Positions 8,828-18,000 of a DNA stretch of 59,230 bases are shown piece by piece. The translations under genes and the position numbers were made by a program. The DNA lies in IMG/VR virus record IMGVR_UViG_3300006119_000007. One strand, given 5' to 3'. Positions within the stretch are counted from its first letter, which is position 1. The number at the start of each line of letters is the position of its first letter. The notes below the pieces were generated by a model, which saw only the letters and a list, made by a program, of their open reading frames with translations, did not search any database and was not told the DNA's origin. Origin of the DNA: an uncultured virus (IMG/VR IMGVR_UViG_3300006119_000007). Its lineage: Duplodnaviria; Heunggongvirae; Uroviricota; Caudoviricetes.

Positions 8828-10466
8828 GCTTTTTATTACTTATGATAGCAATATAAAAGCCATTCCACCACATGGTCTCGCTCTCAATCTCATTCAGAAC
8901 GATCTTGTCATAGATGATCTCGAGACCAGCTGCTGCGATACCTTCCTTTGCTCCATCGACGACTCCGTCCCAATTCGCATCATCGAATATGAGTACCGCT
9001 TCGTCCTTGAGTTTATCTGCAAAGTACTTGATCGCTTCTCGATTCATCTCTCTCGAGTGATCTGCATCATAGAAGAAAAAGTCGATTGGATCGATCTCGG
9101 TCTTCTCGACCTGTAAGAAGTGGCAGTCAAAGACTCGAATGGAGTTCTCTCCCTTGAACTTCTTTGCGTTCTCGATGAACTTCTCCTTTGAGGAATCGAT
9201 ATCGATCTTTCCATCTGCTGACTTCGTCTTCTCCTGCCAATGATCAACCGCGTAAGCCTTGAGTTTATTTCCCTGAATCGTTGAGCAGAAAGTGCCACCA
9301 TTTAGGACTCCAACCTCGAGATAGCTTGTTGAGATCTTACCAATTCCATTCAGGAGTTGTCTCATCTTATCCGAGGTGATACCCTCGACACTATCTTTCA
9401 AGGGCTGATTCACGGTGTCGATCAAGAGCTGAGCGACCTGCTCAACCTTCTTATTGTTCTTATTACCTTTTGCTTTCCAGACCTTATCGCAGTAGTTACA
9501 GTCCCAGCAATTAAATTTACAGGTCTTGATCTTCTGTCTCCAGTAATTGATTGGCTTCTCGATCAGATTCGTTTCCTCGATATAGGAATTGAATCCATCA
9601 AAAAGGATCTCTTCCTTTCGAGAGAACCTTGCGATGATATCCATTGTCTCCGAAAGACGGTTACTGTTCTCACGACCATGCATCTTGATCGTATCGATCC
9701 CTAGATCCAAGAACTCAACCCAGTCTTCTCTCCAAGGTGGAAAGTTTGCGTTCTTCAATTGAATCGCTGAGTCCTGAGTGTGCCACTTTGGGCAACTGAC
9801 ACGAGAGATCGGATCAGTGAAGTACTGAGGTCCAATGGTTCTTGTGTTATTAAAGTGATAGTGCTCGTCCATCGCAGGGCAACCGCCAACACAGCCCTCG
9901 TTCGCAAGCAAGGATAACTTGATTCCATATTTGTCCTTGACTCGCTTGATCTCTCTGAGTCGATCATGATCTCTCATGAGTACTCGATCTAGATTCACGT
10001 AGTCAAATCCAGCCTGAGCGAGTTGCGCCACTTCCCTTGGTTCTTTGACAGCACGTAGGATCGTGTTCTTTACGAATAGGTTAGGGAAGTTACTCTTCAC
10101 CTGACCAGTCAGCATCCAGTGAGTGTGAGGAAGAGTGCAGGATCTCACACCTGCCTCATAGAGTGGACGAAAGTTCTTGATCCAAGTCTCCAGATTCTTT
10201 TGATCTGGACGAATCATCGTGTTATTAAACGTGGCAGAGACCGGAATCCCTGTCTCATTCTGAACGAACAAAGCTACATCGATGGCGAATCCAGCGTCTT
10301 CTTTCTGAAAAAATACATCACCCATCGCATCCTGAACGAATGGATCTATGCGACAGGTGAAATAGATGTCGTAGATGTAATCCTTGTACTGCTTACAGAA
10401 ATTAAGAAACGTATTAAACTGAGGCTCTGTAAGTTTCGGATTGAGAGGTATACTAAAGATTTTCAC
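8820..10466 (-). CDS. U32-family (UbiU/TrhP-like) Fe-S protein fused to a class I SAM-dependent methyltransferase
   Basis: N-half has LANEGCxxxCP..DEH, SCPKW, DTIKMHGRE (U32 D.LKIEGR-like) and KTCKFNCWDCNYC. C-half has YLEVGVLNGGT, AVDHW, FFYDADH and IFDD (Methyltransf_24-like). Start taken as GTG 10466; TTG 10484 is the alternative. Confidence 0.7.
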   Translation of the reverse strand: MKIFSIPLNPKLTEPQFNTFLNFCKQYKDYIYDIYFTCRIDPFVQDAMGDVFFQKEDAGFAIDVALFVQNETGIPVSATFNNTMIRPDQKNLETWIKNFRPLYEAGVRSCTLPHTHWMLTGQVKSNFPNLFVKNTILRAVKEPREVAQLAQAGFDYVNLDRVLMRDHDRLREIKRVKDKYGIKLSLLANEGCVGGCPAMDEHYHFNNTRTIGPQYFTDPISRVSCPKWHTQDSAIQLKNANFPPWREDWVEFLDLGIDTIKMHGRENSNRLSETMDIIARFSRKEEILFDGFNSYIEETNLIEKPINYWRQKIKTCKFNCWDCNYCDKVWKAKGNKNNKKVEQVAQLLIDTVNQPLKDSVEGITSDKMRQLLNGIGKISTSYLEVGVLNGGTFCSTIQGNKLKAYAVDHWQEKTKSADGKIDIDSSKEKFIENAKKFKGENSIRVFDCHFLQVEKTEIDPIDFFFYDADHSREMNREAIKYFADKLKDEAVLIFDDANWDGVVDGAKEGIAAAGLEIIYDKIVLNEIESETMWWNGFYIAIISNKKHE

Positions 10467-11160
10467 TCTTGGTCTTTGTTTCAAGTTTCAATTGCTCATT
10501 AGCGAAGCTGTCGATATAATTTATACCATTCGTCGCCATGCTGATTTGAGCCATTGCTGCTTGACCGATCGCATCGATACTCTTACCCAGAGCACCATTG
10601 TATTTGATCGCTAGACTAAGTGTTTCCCTGACATCATCAAGAGGCATCATGAGGATTGAATCCATGTTACCTTGACTGATACGGCCAATGGTATTGAGAT
10701 CCATCGCTGCTTGTTTCGCCATTCTCGTGATCCAATAATTCTTTTCCTCGAGTTCGTTATGGTTTCTATACTTTTCAAGGTTCTCCATGCTACCAACGGA
10801 GTCTTTGATCATCTGCATGAAGTTGTTCAACTCGTTCTGGCACATGCGTTCTTTCTTATCGTACATGTGAATATCCCAGTCGGCTTGCTGGAGATCGACT
10901 TGAAGAAGCTGCTTCTTGAGGTCATCTGTCTCATTCTCGATATCTCTTAGAATGATCTGCCTCTCGATGATTCGCTTCTGGCGATTTCGCTCGATCTGCT
11001 TCTTCATACCAATACGAGTATCAATCTCAATCAGAGCTTGACGTACACGACGGTACTCAGTAACTTGAGAATTGACTACGAAGTGACGAGACTGGAAGTC
11101 CGACATACCCAGTGAATTCTCACTCTCATCAACAAATTTTAAGATATCATTATCATTCAT
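10453..11160 (-). CDS. Coiled-coil hypothetical protein
   Basis: 235 aa, helical and charged (MSDFQSRHFVVNSQVT.YRR.RQALIEI). First gene after the promoter at 11169-11197. Confidence 0.8.
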   Translation of the reverse strand: MNDNDILKFVDESENSLGMSDFQSRHFVVNSQVTEYRRVRQALIEIDTRIGMKKQIERNRQKRIIERQIILRDIENETDDLKKQLLQVDLQQADWDIHMYDKKERMCQNELNNFMQMIKDSVGSMENLEKYRNHNELEEKNYWITRMAKQAAMDLNTIGRISQGNMDSILMMPLDDVRETLSLAIKYNGALGKSIDAIGQAAMAQISMATNGINYIDSFANEQLKLETKTKSENL

Positions 11161-11168
11161 AGAGAAAC

Positions 11169-11197
11169 ATTATAACGTAATTTATCAGAATTGTACA
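11169..11197 (-). promoter_or_regulatory. Sigma70-type phage promoter TGTACA-N17-TATAAT
   Basis: -35 at 11192-11197, 17-nt spacer, -10 at 11169-11174. Identical boxes and spacing occur at 52524-52552. Confidence 0.75.
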
Positions 11198-11790
11198 CCA
11201 AATTTTACTTTACCTGCACGATATCCATTACTATCGCATAAGCCTAGTCTATTCGCAAGATCTCGAGACATTTCAATTCCTAGAACTTCCTCACGAGCCT
11301 TACAGATATCATCGATCGTATTCAGAGAATCAGCTTGAGCATTTAATTGATCGTGCTTTGTCTTATCGTAATGCGGTCTCGTGCTTCCATCGAGGTTTGG
11401 AGTCTTATTTCTACGATCCTTCATCTCTTCCTCGATGTGTAGATGAAAAGCTTTCTTCATCAAGGAGATAGAGGCAGCCTGAGTGTCTGGAGTATGATAG
11501 ACCTTAGTCTTTCTGCTTCCTTTTGCTAATTCATCAGCATCTGGAGTTAATCCCTCGACGTCTGAATAAGCTTTACGATATCCACGAGTCTCTCCATAGA
11601 ATTTCCAAGCGATCGTAGCTTCGGTCTCTGTTAATTCCACGAGAGGGATATTATCAGGATGAGCTTTCAGGGCAGCCAGAGCTGCGTCCGTCGAGACATT
11701 AATGATATTGAAATTATCAACGGCACCGACATGAGTCATACCGTCGATTTGAGGTATATACCGAAAGAATTTTGCGAGATAGTATGCCAT
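11185..11790 (-). CDS. Hypothetical protein
   Basis: 201-aa ORF tightly packed behind the propeller triplet; no recognisable family. Confidence 0.75.
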   Translation of the reverse strand: MAYYLAKFFRYIPQIDGMTHVGAVDNFNIINVSTDAALAALKAHPDNIPLVELTETEATIAWKFYGETRGYRKAYSDVEGLTPDADELAKGSRKTKVYHTPDTQAASISLMKKAFHLHIEEEMKDRRNKTPNLDGSTRPHYDKTKHDQLNAQADSLNTIDDICKAREEVLGIEMSRDLANRLGLCDSNGYRAGKVKFGVQF

Positions 11791-11805
11791 AAGTTATATG
11801 ATAAT

Positions 11806-12864
11806 TTATATGTTTGTTCCCATAACTCCGCCCAATAATATGCAACTTCCAGTTCCACACATGCCAGAACTCATTCCACCATGGCCCTTGGGTTGCATTG
11901 TTGAACCGCCTGCTGTACATGTATCGCTTGTGTAATACATCTTATAGGCATTATTGGTTTGAGCTCCGTCATAGGATCCTAGGGAGTATCCCCAGTCCTG
12001 ACCAATTTGGAGATTTTCTTCTCCACAGCTATCAGGGCGTCCAAATGAGGATATTTGACTGAGAGTCGTATCATTAAATTTGTACCAAGTGTTTGCCGTA
12101 TTTGTCGTTCCATTGTATCCAAGACCCCACTTACTTGAGAGTCCTTTTGCAACACCATCTAGGTTGCTTGCAAAGCTCCAGGCTCCATTGCTTGACCATG
12201 TCTCTGTGGACCAAGTAAGAGACGCCGAGTTACCATTTGCTCCAACAGTTCCAATGTATTGACCAAAGAATCCGGTGAAAGCGTAGTAAGTATTACCACC
12301 TGCACCAGCAGTACAGTTTGGAGCTGAACCAGATGCCATCATGGAGTCCGTGACAGTACATAATTTGTCGGTCGTTGCACTGCTACCACCGGCAATATAA
12401 CAAGCAGTGAGTCCTGCGTTCATGAGAACTTTTGTGTCATACCTCGTGGTCGTAAGATTCCAAGCAGAGTTGTGAGAACGAAGAGTCTCTGTCTGCATGC
12501 TCATTGAGGAAGTGAAAGTACTGCCTGATCCAACGCCGCCACTGTCATTAAAGATGTAGGTATTATAATCACTGAATCCGCCGTTTGCGTAGGACTGATT
12601 ATAATCCATCATATCACCTAGATTCGTAGTCGTATCGGTATTATGCATCGTCCGATTTGTATTGCGCCAAGGTGAACCATTCTGATAACCGCAATGTGTG
12701 TATCCTCTTGTATAGATCGTTCTATACATGAAGTAGTTGTTATTAAGTGCACTCGAGAGATTGCTTGAGGACCACGAGTAACCATCGTACACATATAGTT
12801 GTGCGTTTGGAGACTTATAAGTCGATCCACTACTAGGTGAACTTGGAAAGCTGAGTACAGACAT
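11806..12864 (-). CDS. Kelch-like beta-propeller paralog 3 with FPxSP N-terminal module
   Basis: Shares MSVLSFPSSPS, YRTIYTRGY.HCGYQ..SPWRNTNRTMH, SSKWG.GYN, GEEN..(I/V)GQDWGY, QPKGHGG and GGVMGTNI with its two neighbours. About six internal repeats ending in TD/TE. Confidence 0.7.
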   Translation of the reverse strand: MSVLSFPSSPSSGSTYKSPNAQLYVYDGYSWSSSNLSSALNNNYFMYRTIYTRGYTHCGYQNGSPWRNTNRTMHNTDTTTNLGDMMDYNQSYANGGFSDYNTYIFNDSGGVGSGSTFTSSMSMQTETLRSHNSAWNLTTTRYDTKVLMNAGLTACYIAGGSSATTDKLCTVTDSMMASGSAPNCTAGAGGNTYYAFTGFFGQYIGTVGANGNSASLTWSTETWSSNGAWSFASNLDGVAKGLSSKWGLGYNGTTNTANTWYKFNDTTLSQISSFGRPDSCGEENLQIGQDWGYSLGSYDGAQTNNAYKMYYTSDTCTAGGSTMQPKGHGGMSSGMCGTGSCILLGGVMGTNI

Positions 12865-12871
12865 GTTTCCT

Positions 12872-13942
12872 TTATATATTTGTTCCCATTACACCGCCTA
12901 GAAGTAAGCAACTGCCAGTGGCGCAACCACCTGAGGAAGCGCCACCATGACCCTTTGGTTGCATCGTAGATCCGCCATTCACGAGAGTATCGCTCGTGTA
13001 ATACTGCTTGAAAGAGTTATTGTTCTGAGCTCCATTGTAGTTTCCTAATTCGTAACCCCAGTCTTGGCCAATCTCATAGTTTTCTTCTCCACCATTATCG
13101 TTTCGATTGATTGCTGATAAATACGTCAGAGTCGTATCATTGAACTTATAGTACGTGGAGTTTGAGGTATTACCACCACTCGAGTTATATCCAAGACCCC
13201 ATTTGCTGGATAGACCATGCACGATTCCATCAGTATTATTACTTGCTAACCAAGACCATGTACCATTTGTCCACGTGTCAGTTGCCCAAGAGAGTGAGGC
13301 TGAGCTTGTTGCATTTCCAATCGTTCCATAGTATTGACCAAAGAATCCTGCTGCACTTCCAAGTGATCCACCAGAAGTTGCTGGATTTGCAGGAACACTA
13401 CTTGCAGCATACATCGTATCTGTGATCGTAGAAAATTTGTCAGTCGAGGTAGATCCACCACACGTGATGTAACAGGCCGTCAATCCATTATTCATGAGAA
13501 CTTTACTCTGAATACGAGATGAAGTTGTCATACTCCAAGTACTCGAGTGAGTTCTTACGTTCTCCGTGATCATGCTCATTGAGGAACAATAAGTGGAATT
13601 ACCTTGGAATCCAGCGTTTGGCCAGACATATGAGTTATAATCACTAAAGCCTACGTCGACATAAGCTGCACCATTCTCCATCATGTCACCAAGATTCGTT
13701 GTGGTGTCAGTATTGTGCATCGTTCGATTCGTATTTCTCCAAGGTGAAGAATTTTGATAACCGCAATGCATGTATCCACGAGTGTAGATCGTACGATAAA
13801 GAAAGGTGTTATTCCAAGGATTTGGATTGATGTCGGATCCATTGGACATCCAACTATATCCGTCGTATACGTACATCGTCGCATTTGGACTTACGTATCT
13901 TGTACCTGAGGAAGGAGATGATGGAAAGCTAAGTACAGACAT
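12872..13942 (-). CDS. Kelch-like beta-propeller paralog 2
   Basis: Same conserved motifs as the other two paralogs; 356 aa. Confidence 0.7.
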   Translation of the reverse strand: MSVLSFPSSPSSGTRYVSPNATMYVYDGYSWMSNGSDINPNPWNNTFLYRTIYTRGYMHCGYQNSSPWRNTNRTMHNTDTTTNLGDMMENGAAYVDVGFSDYNSYVWPNAGFQGNSTYCSSMSMITENVRTHSSTWSMTTSSRIQSKVLMNNGLTACYITCGGSTSTDKFSTITDTMYAASSVPANPATSGGSLGSAAGFFGQYYGTIGNATSSASLSWATDTWTNGTWSWLASNNTDGIVHGLSSKWGLGYNSSGGNTSNSTYYKFNDTTLTYLSAINRNDNGGEENYEIGQDWGYELGNYNGAQNNNSFKQYYTSDTLVNGGSTMQPKGHGGASSGGCATGSCLLLGGVMGTNI

Positions 13943-13945
13943 AGT

Positions 13946-15010
13946 TTATATATTTGTTCCCATTACGCCACCTAGGAGTACACAACTTCCAGTTCCGCAT
14001 GAACCTGAACTCATTCCGCCATGGCCTTTAGGTTGTCCATTGGAGCCAAGAGCTACGCAAGAGTCCGTCGTGTAAGAAGTCTTTGTGGAATTATTTGTTT
14101 GATTTGAGTTATTATATGACCCAATCGTGTAACCCCAGTCTTGACCAACTTGACAGTTTTCTTCTCCGCATGTTTCTGGTCTACCAAATGAGGAAAGATT
14201 TGTTCCAGTCGTATCATTAAACTTATAGTAAGTTTGAGATCCACCATATGAACCCGAGGCATTGTAACCAACACCCCACTTACTTGAGAGACCCTTTGGT
14301 TGACCATCTGTGTTTCCCGACCATGACCAAGTTCCAGATGTCCAGACTTCTGTCGCCCATGAAAGACTTCCCGATGTTCCACTTGCTCCAACGATTCCTA
14401 CGTACTGACCCCAGAATCCACTGAGTCCACCAGTATTTGATCCATAGAGACCTCCAGAAACTGTACCAGAAGCCATCATGCTATCAGTGACTGTATTGAG
14501 TTTATCTGTCGAAGCATTATTTCCACCAGTCACATAGATCGCAGTGAGACCTGCGTTCATGAGTGCTTTACAGTTTGCTCGAGCTACCGTTGTATTCCAG
14601 CTTGTGCTATGACTTCTAACGTTCTCATTGACCATATTGAAAGAAGTCGTATAAGAAGAAGTTCCACCTACATTTCCAGAATCATTGAACACGTATGTAT
14701 TGTAGTCACTGAATCCACCATCAAGATATGAGGCATTGTTATCCATCATGTCTCCTAGATTCACCGACGTATCAGAAACGTGCATGGTGCGATTCGTGTT
14801 ACGCCAAGGAGAACCACCTTGGTATCCACAATGAGTATAGCCTCGAGTGTAGATCGTACGATAGTAGAATGGATTCGCTGCGATTGGATCTGGATTTATG
14901 GAAGTTCCAGTCGAGCACCAAGCGTAACCATCGTACACATAGGTTAATCCATTTGGATTATTATATGTAGATCCTGTCGAAGGAGAACTTGGAAAACTAA
15001 GTACGGACAT
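13946..15010 (-). CDS. Kelch-like beta-propeller paralog 1
   Basis: Same conserved motifs; starts 3 nt after the stop of the 1709-aa fibre. Confidence 0.7.
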   Translation of the reverse strand: MSVLSFPSSPSTGSTYNNPNGLTYVYDGYAWCSTGTSINPDPIAANPFYYRTIYTRGYTHCGYQGGSPWRNTNRTMHVSDTSVNLGDMMDNNASYLDGGFSDYNTYVFNDSGNVGGTSSYTTSFNMVNENVRSHSTSWNTTVARANCKALMNAGLTAIYVTGGNNASTDKLNTVTDSMMASGTVSGGLYGSNTGGLSGFWGQYVGIVGASGTSGSLSWATEVWTSGTWSWSGNTDGQPKGLSSKWGVGYNASGSYGGSQTYYKFNDTTGTNLSSFGRPETCGEENCQVGQDWGYTIGSYNNSNQTNNSTKTSYTTDSCVALGSNGQPKGHGGMSSGSCGTGSCVLLGGVMGTNI

Positions 15011-15013
15011 CGA

Positions 15014-18000
15014 TTATCTCCGTTCTTTTATTTGTTTCTTCAATTCCTCGATTTGAGCCTGTTGTTCCTTGATGGCTTCAATGAGGAGAGGGATGATCTT
15101 TTCGTATTGAACCGTCAAATAGTTCTCACCGCTCTTGGATTGAAGTGTTCCGTCTTCGTTGATCTGTGTATCGAAAGGTGCAAGCTGAATGACTTCAGGT
15201 AATACCTTTTGTACTTCCTGAGCGATCACGCCGACTTGTTGCTCCTCTGAGGTATAACCATTGCTCTTTGCTACATCATTGTTTGTGTAGTAAACACCAT
15301 TCAGAGACATAACCTTTGATAATGCATTATCAATATTACCAGTTATGTTCTTGAGACGTTTATCTGAGTAGTAAGCTGCAACGTTACCCGAGGCGAATAT
15401 ACTTCCTGATACAGTTAAGTTCTGTGCGATACTTACGCTACCAGTGATATTACCACCAGCGACACGGAAGAAGAGAGAACTATCAGGAACTGGTGTTGCA
15501 GCAACCCAGGCGGATGCTGCGGACCAGTAGATGTTCATCGTACCGGTATCGGTGTTCCACCAGAGATCACCGTTCTGAATTGCAGAAGGAGCACCACTTG
15601 TTGCACCACTCTGAACGAATACTGCTGGTATCGTAATACCTCTCTTAACCGTTACACTGAAATTTGAAGTACCATTTGGATCACAGTAGTATCCAGTATC
15701 ATTTGCATCATAGAATATAGTGCCATACATTGCACCTGTACTACAAACTGTACCTGCAGAAGCACCTAGCCATACACCAATGCCACCATTTGAAGCTGCA
15801 TACATACCCCAGCCAGAAGCTCCTGTTGGATAACTGATTCCAGTTGTTCCACCCTGATACATGTAACCAATGCCATACATGGTATTAAGAGCGTATGCTG
15901 TAGGATAATAGCTACCGCCTATCGTATAGATTGCTCCGGTTGTTGCACTATTTTCAACACTACTATATGAACCGCTTAGGTATCCAGTTGCTGCAGTAGA
16001 TCTTGTGTATGTAGCTGATGAAGTAAATGTCGAACCTTGTATAGAAGAAGAAGATACAAATGGAGCATTGCAACCAAATGATGTACCAAGATTGTTTATG
16101 TAAAGATTATTGCTACCAAGATAAATCGCATTACTAAATCTAACATTTGTTACGTTTACAGTACTGAATGTAGGACTATCCGTTGTTGTAACAGATTGAT
16201 TCATGCTGGCTGCATAAGAATCAACAGTAGCATTAAGTTGTCTTATCCATGATTGCCATGAACCAGTACCTTTTCTATAATACAGAGAATTGCCATCGTA
16301 ATCGCCACCGAGCTGCATACCACGAGACGAATTACCTACGCTGACTACGGATACGTTCCAAGAACTTGTAGGGAAATTTGGAACTGCGGCGTTATAACCA
16401 TCAAAGTTGTATAGTGCAGCAGTGCCAAGTGCACCATTCAAACCACTTGCAAGAGGGCTTTGATAACCAGTGACAAAGTTATTACTGAAATAACCAGCTA
16501 CACTGATATTATTAAGCGCTGAAGTAGAACTTGGTCTTAAATAATATGCAGTATTACCTATATCGTAAATTAAAGGAGCTTGTACAGTGTTTGGAAAATA
16601 AGTAGTATTTCCAACATTATTGATGTATAGGCTCTTACTATTATAACTTTGGAGGAAAGCAGTACTGCTATTAGAGCTTAATAAGATATCTCCATTATTA
16701 GATGCAATATTTCCATTGACAGTTAGCAAATACGAAGGACTTGTTGTACCAATACCAACGTTACCGTTGTAATCGATTGTCATTGCGGTATTTGTTATAC
16801 CGGTGTTGTAGTTATTAGATGTACCAAATTTTAAATATGTACCAGCACCTGAAACATACGCAGCAATACGCGCTAAAGGATTATTATAATAGGTGCTACT
16901 ATAACCAGAAAAATCTATACCTGAATAATTGCTACCACCACCGTTAGTTTCTGCTAATAATATTTGTAGCGGTGTATTACCTGTAAAAGATGTTACGCCA
17001 GGCTGGTTTAAAATATTAAGACCAGCTACAGGGCTTGATGTACCAATACCAACTCTACTAGCATATGATCCGTTTAACCCTATATAAACCGATGTACTAC
17101 CGCCTGCGTTACTTTGAAAATAATATCCGTTGGTACCACTGTTAGTTATAGCCCGATAAGCACCATTACTTGAGTCTTGATAATACCCACTATTAACACT
17201 AGTACCGGCTGTAAAATAACTTCCAACTGTAATATAAGACCCGCTATCTTGTATTATACTGTTGCCTAAAGTATTTGAACCAGTAAACTTAGCGATATAG
17301 CCAGATGTACCACCAGGACTTACGCCTGTAGAACCTTGCGCACCAGTTGCGCCTTGAATTGCTTGGCCTTGGATACCTTGTATACCTTGTGAACCAGTAG
17401 ATCCAGTCGTTCCTTGAATACCCTGAATACCTTGGCTACCATTTGAACCAACGAAACCAGCAGTACCCTGAGAGCCAGTGATACCCTGAATACCCTGAAT
17501 ACCTTGGCTACCGTTTGAACCAACGAAACCTGCGGTTCCTTGTAAACCAGTGATACCTTGGATACCCTGCGTGCCCTGAGCACCAGTGATACCTTGCAAG
17601 CCTTGAGTACCTTGGGCACCAGTTGTACCTTGTGAGCCAGTGATACCCTGAGTACCAGTCGTACCTTGGATGCCTTGAGCTCCTGTGATTCCTTGAATAC
17701 CCTGAGCACCGGTTGCACCCTGAGTACCAGTGATACCCTGAGCACCGGTTGCTCCAGTGCTACCTTGAATACCCTGAATACCCTGAGCTCCAGTAATGCC
17801 TTGAATTCCTTGTGCTCCAGTGATACCCTGAATTCCCTGTGCTCCAGTCGTTCCCTGTAAACCTTGAATACCCTGAATACCTTGGATACCAGTTGTTCCC
17901 TGCAAGCCTTGTGTACCTTGCGTACCCTGTGGTCCCTGAGTTCCTTGAATGCCTTGAGCACCAGTGATGCCTTGGATACCTTGAGTTCCTTGTGTTCCCT

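Noticed and set aside
11806..15010. Possible diversity-generating retroelement or invertible shufflon among the three paralogs
   Set aside because: No reverse transcriptase or recombinase in the window, no adenine-specific template/variable pair evident, and all copies are full-length in the same orientation.
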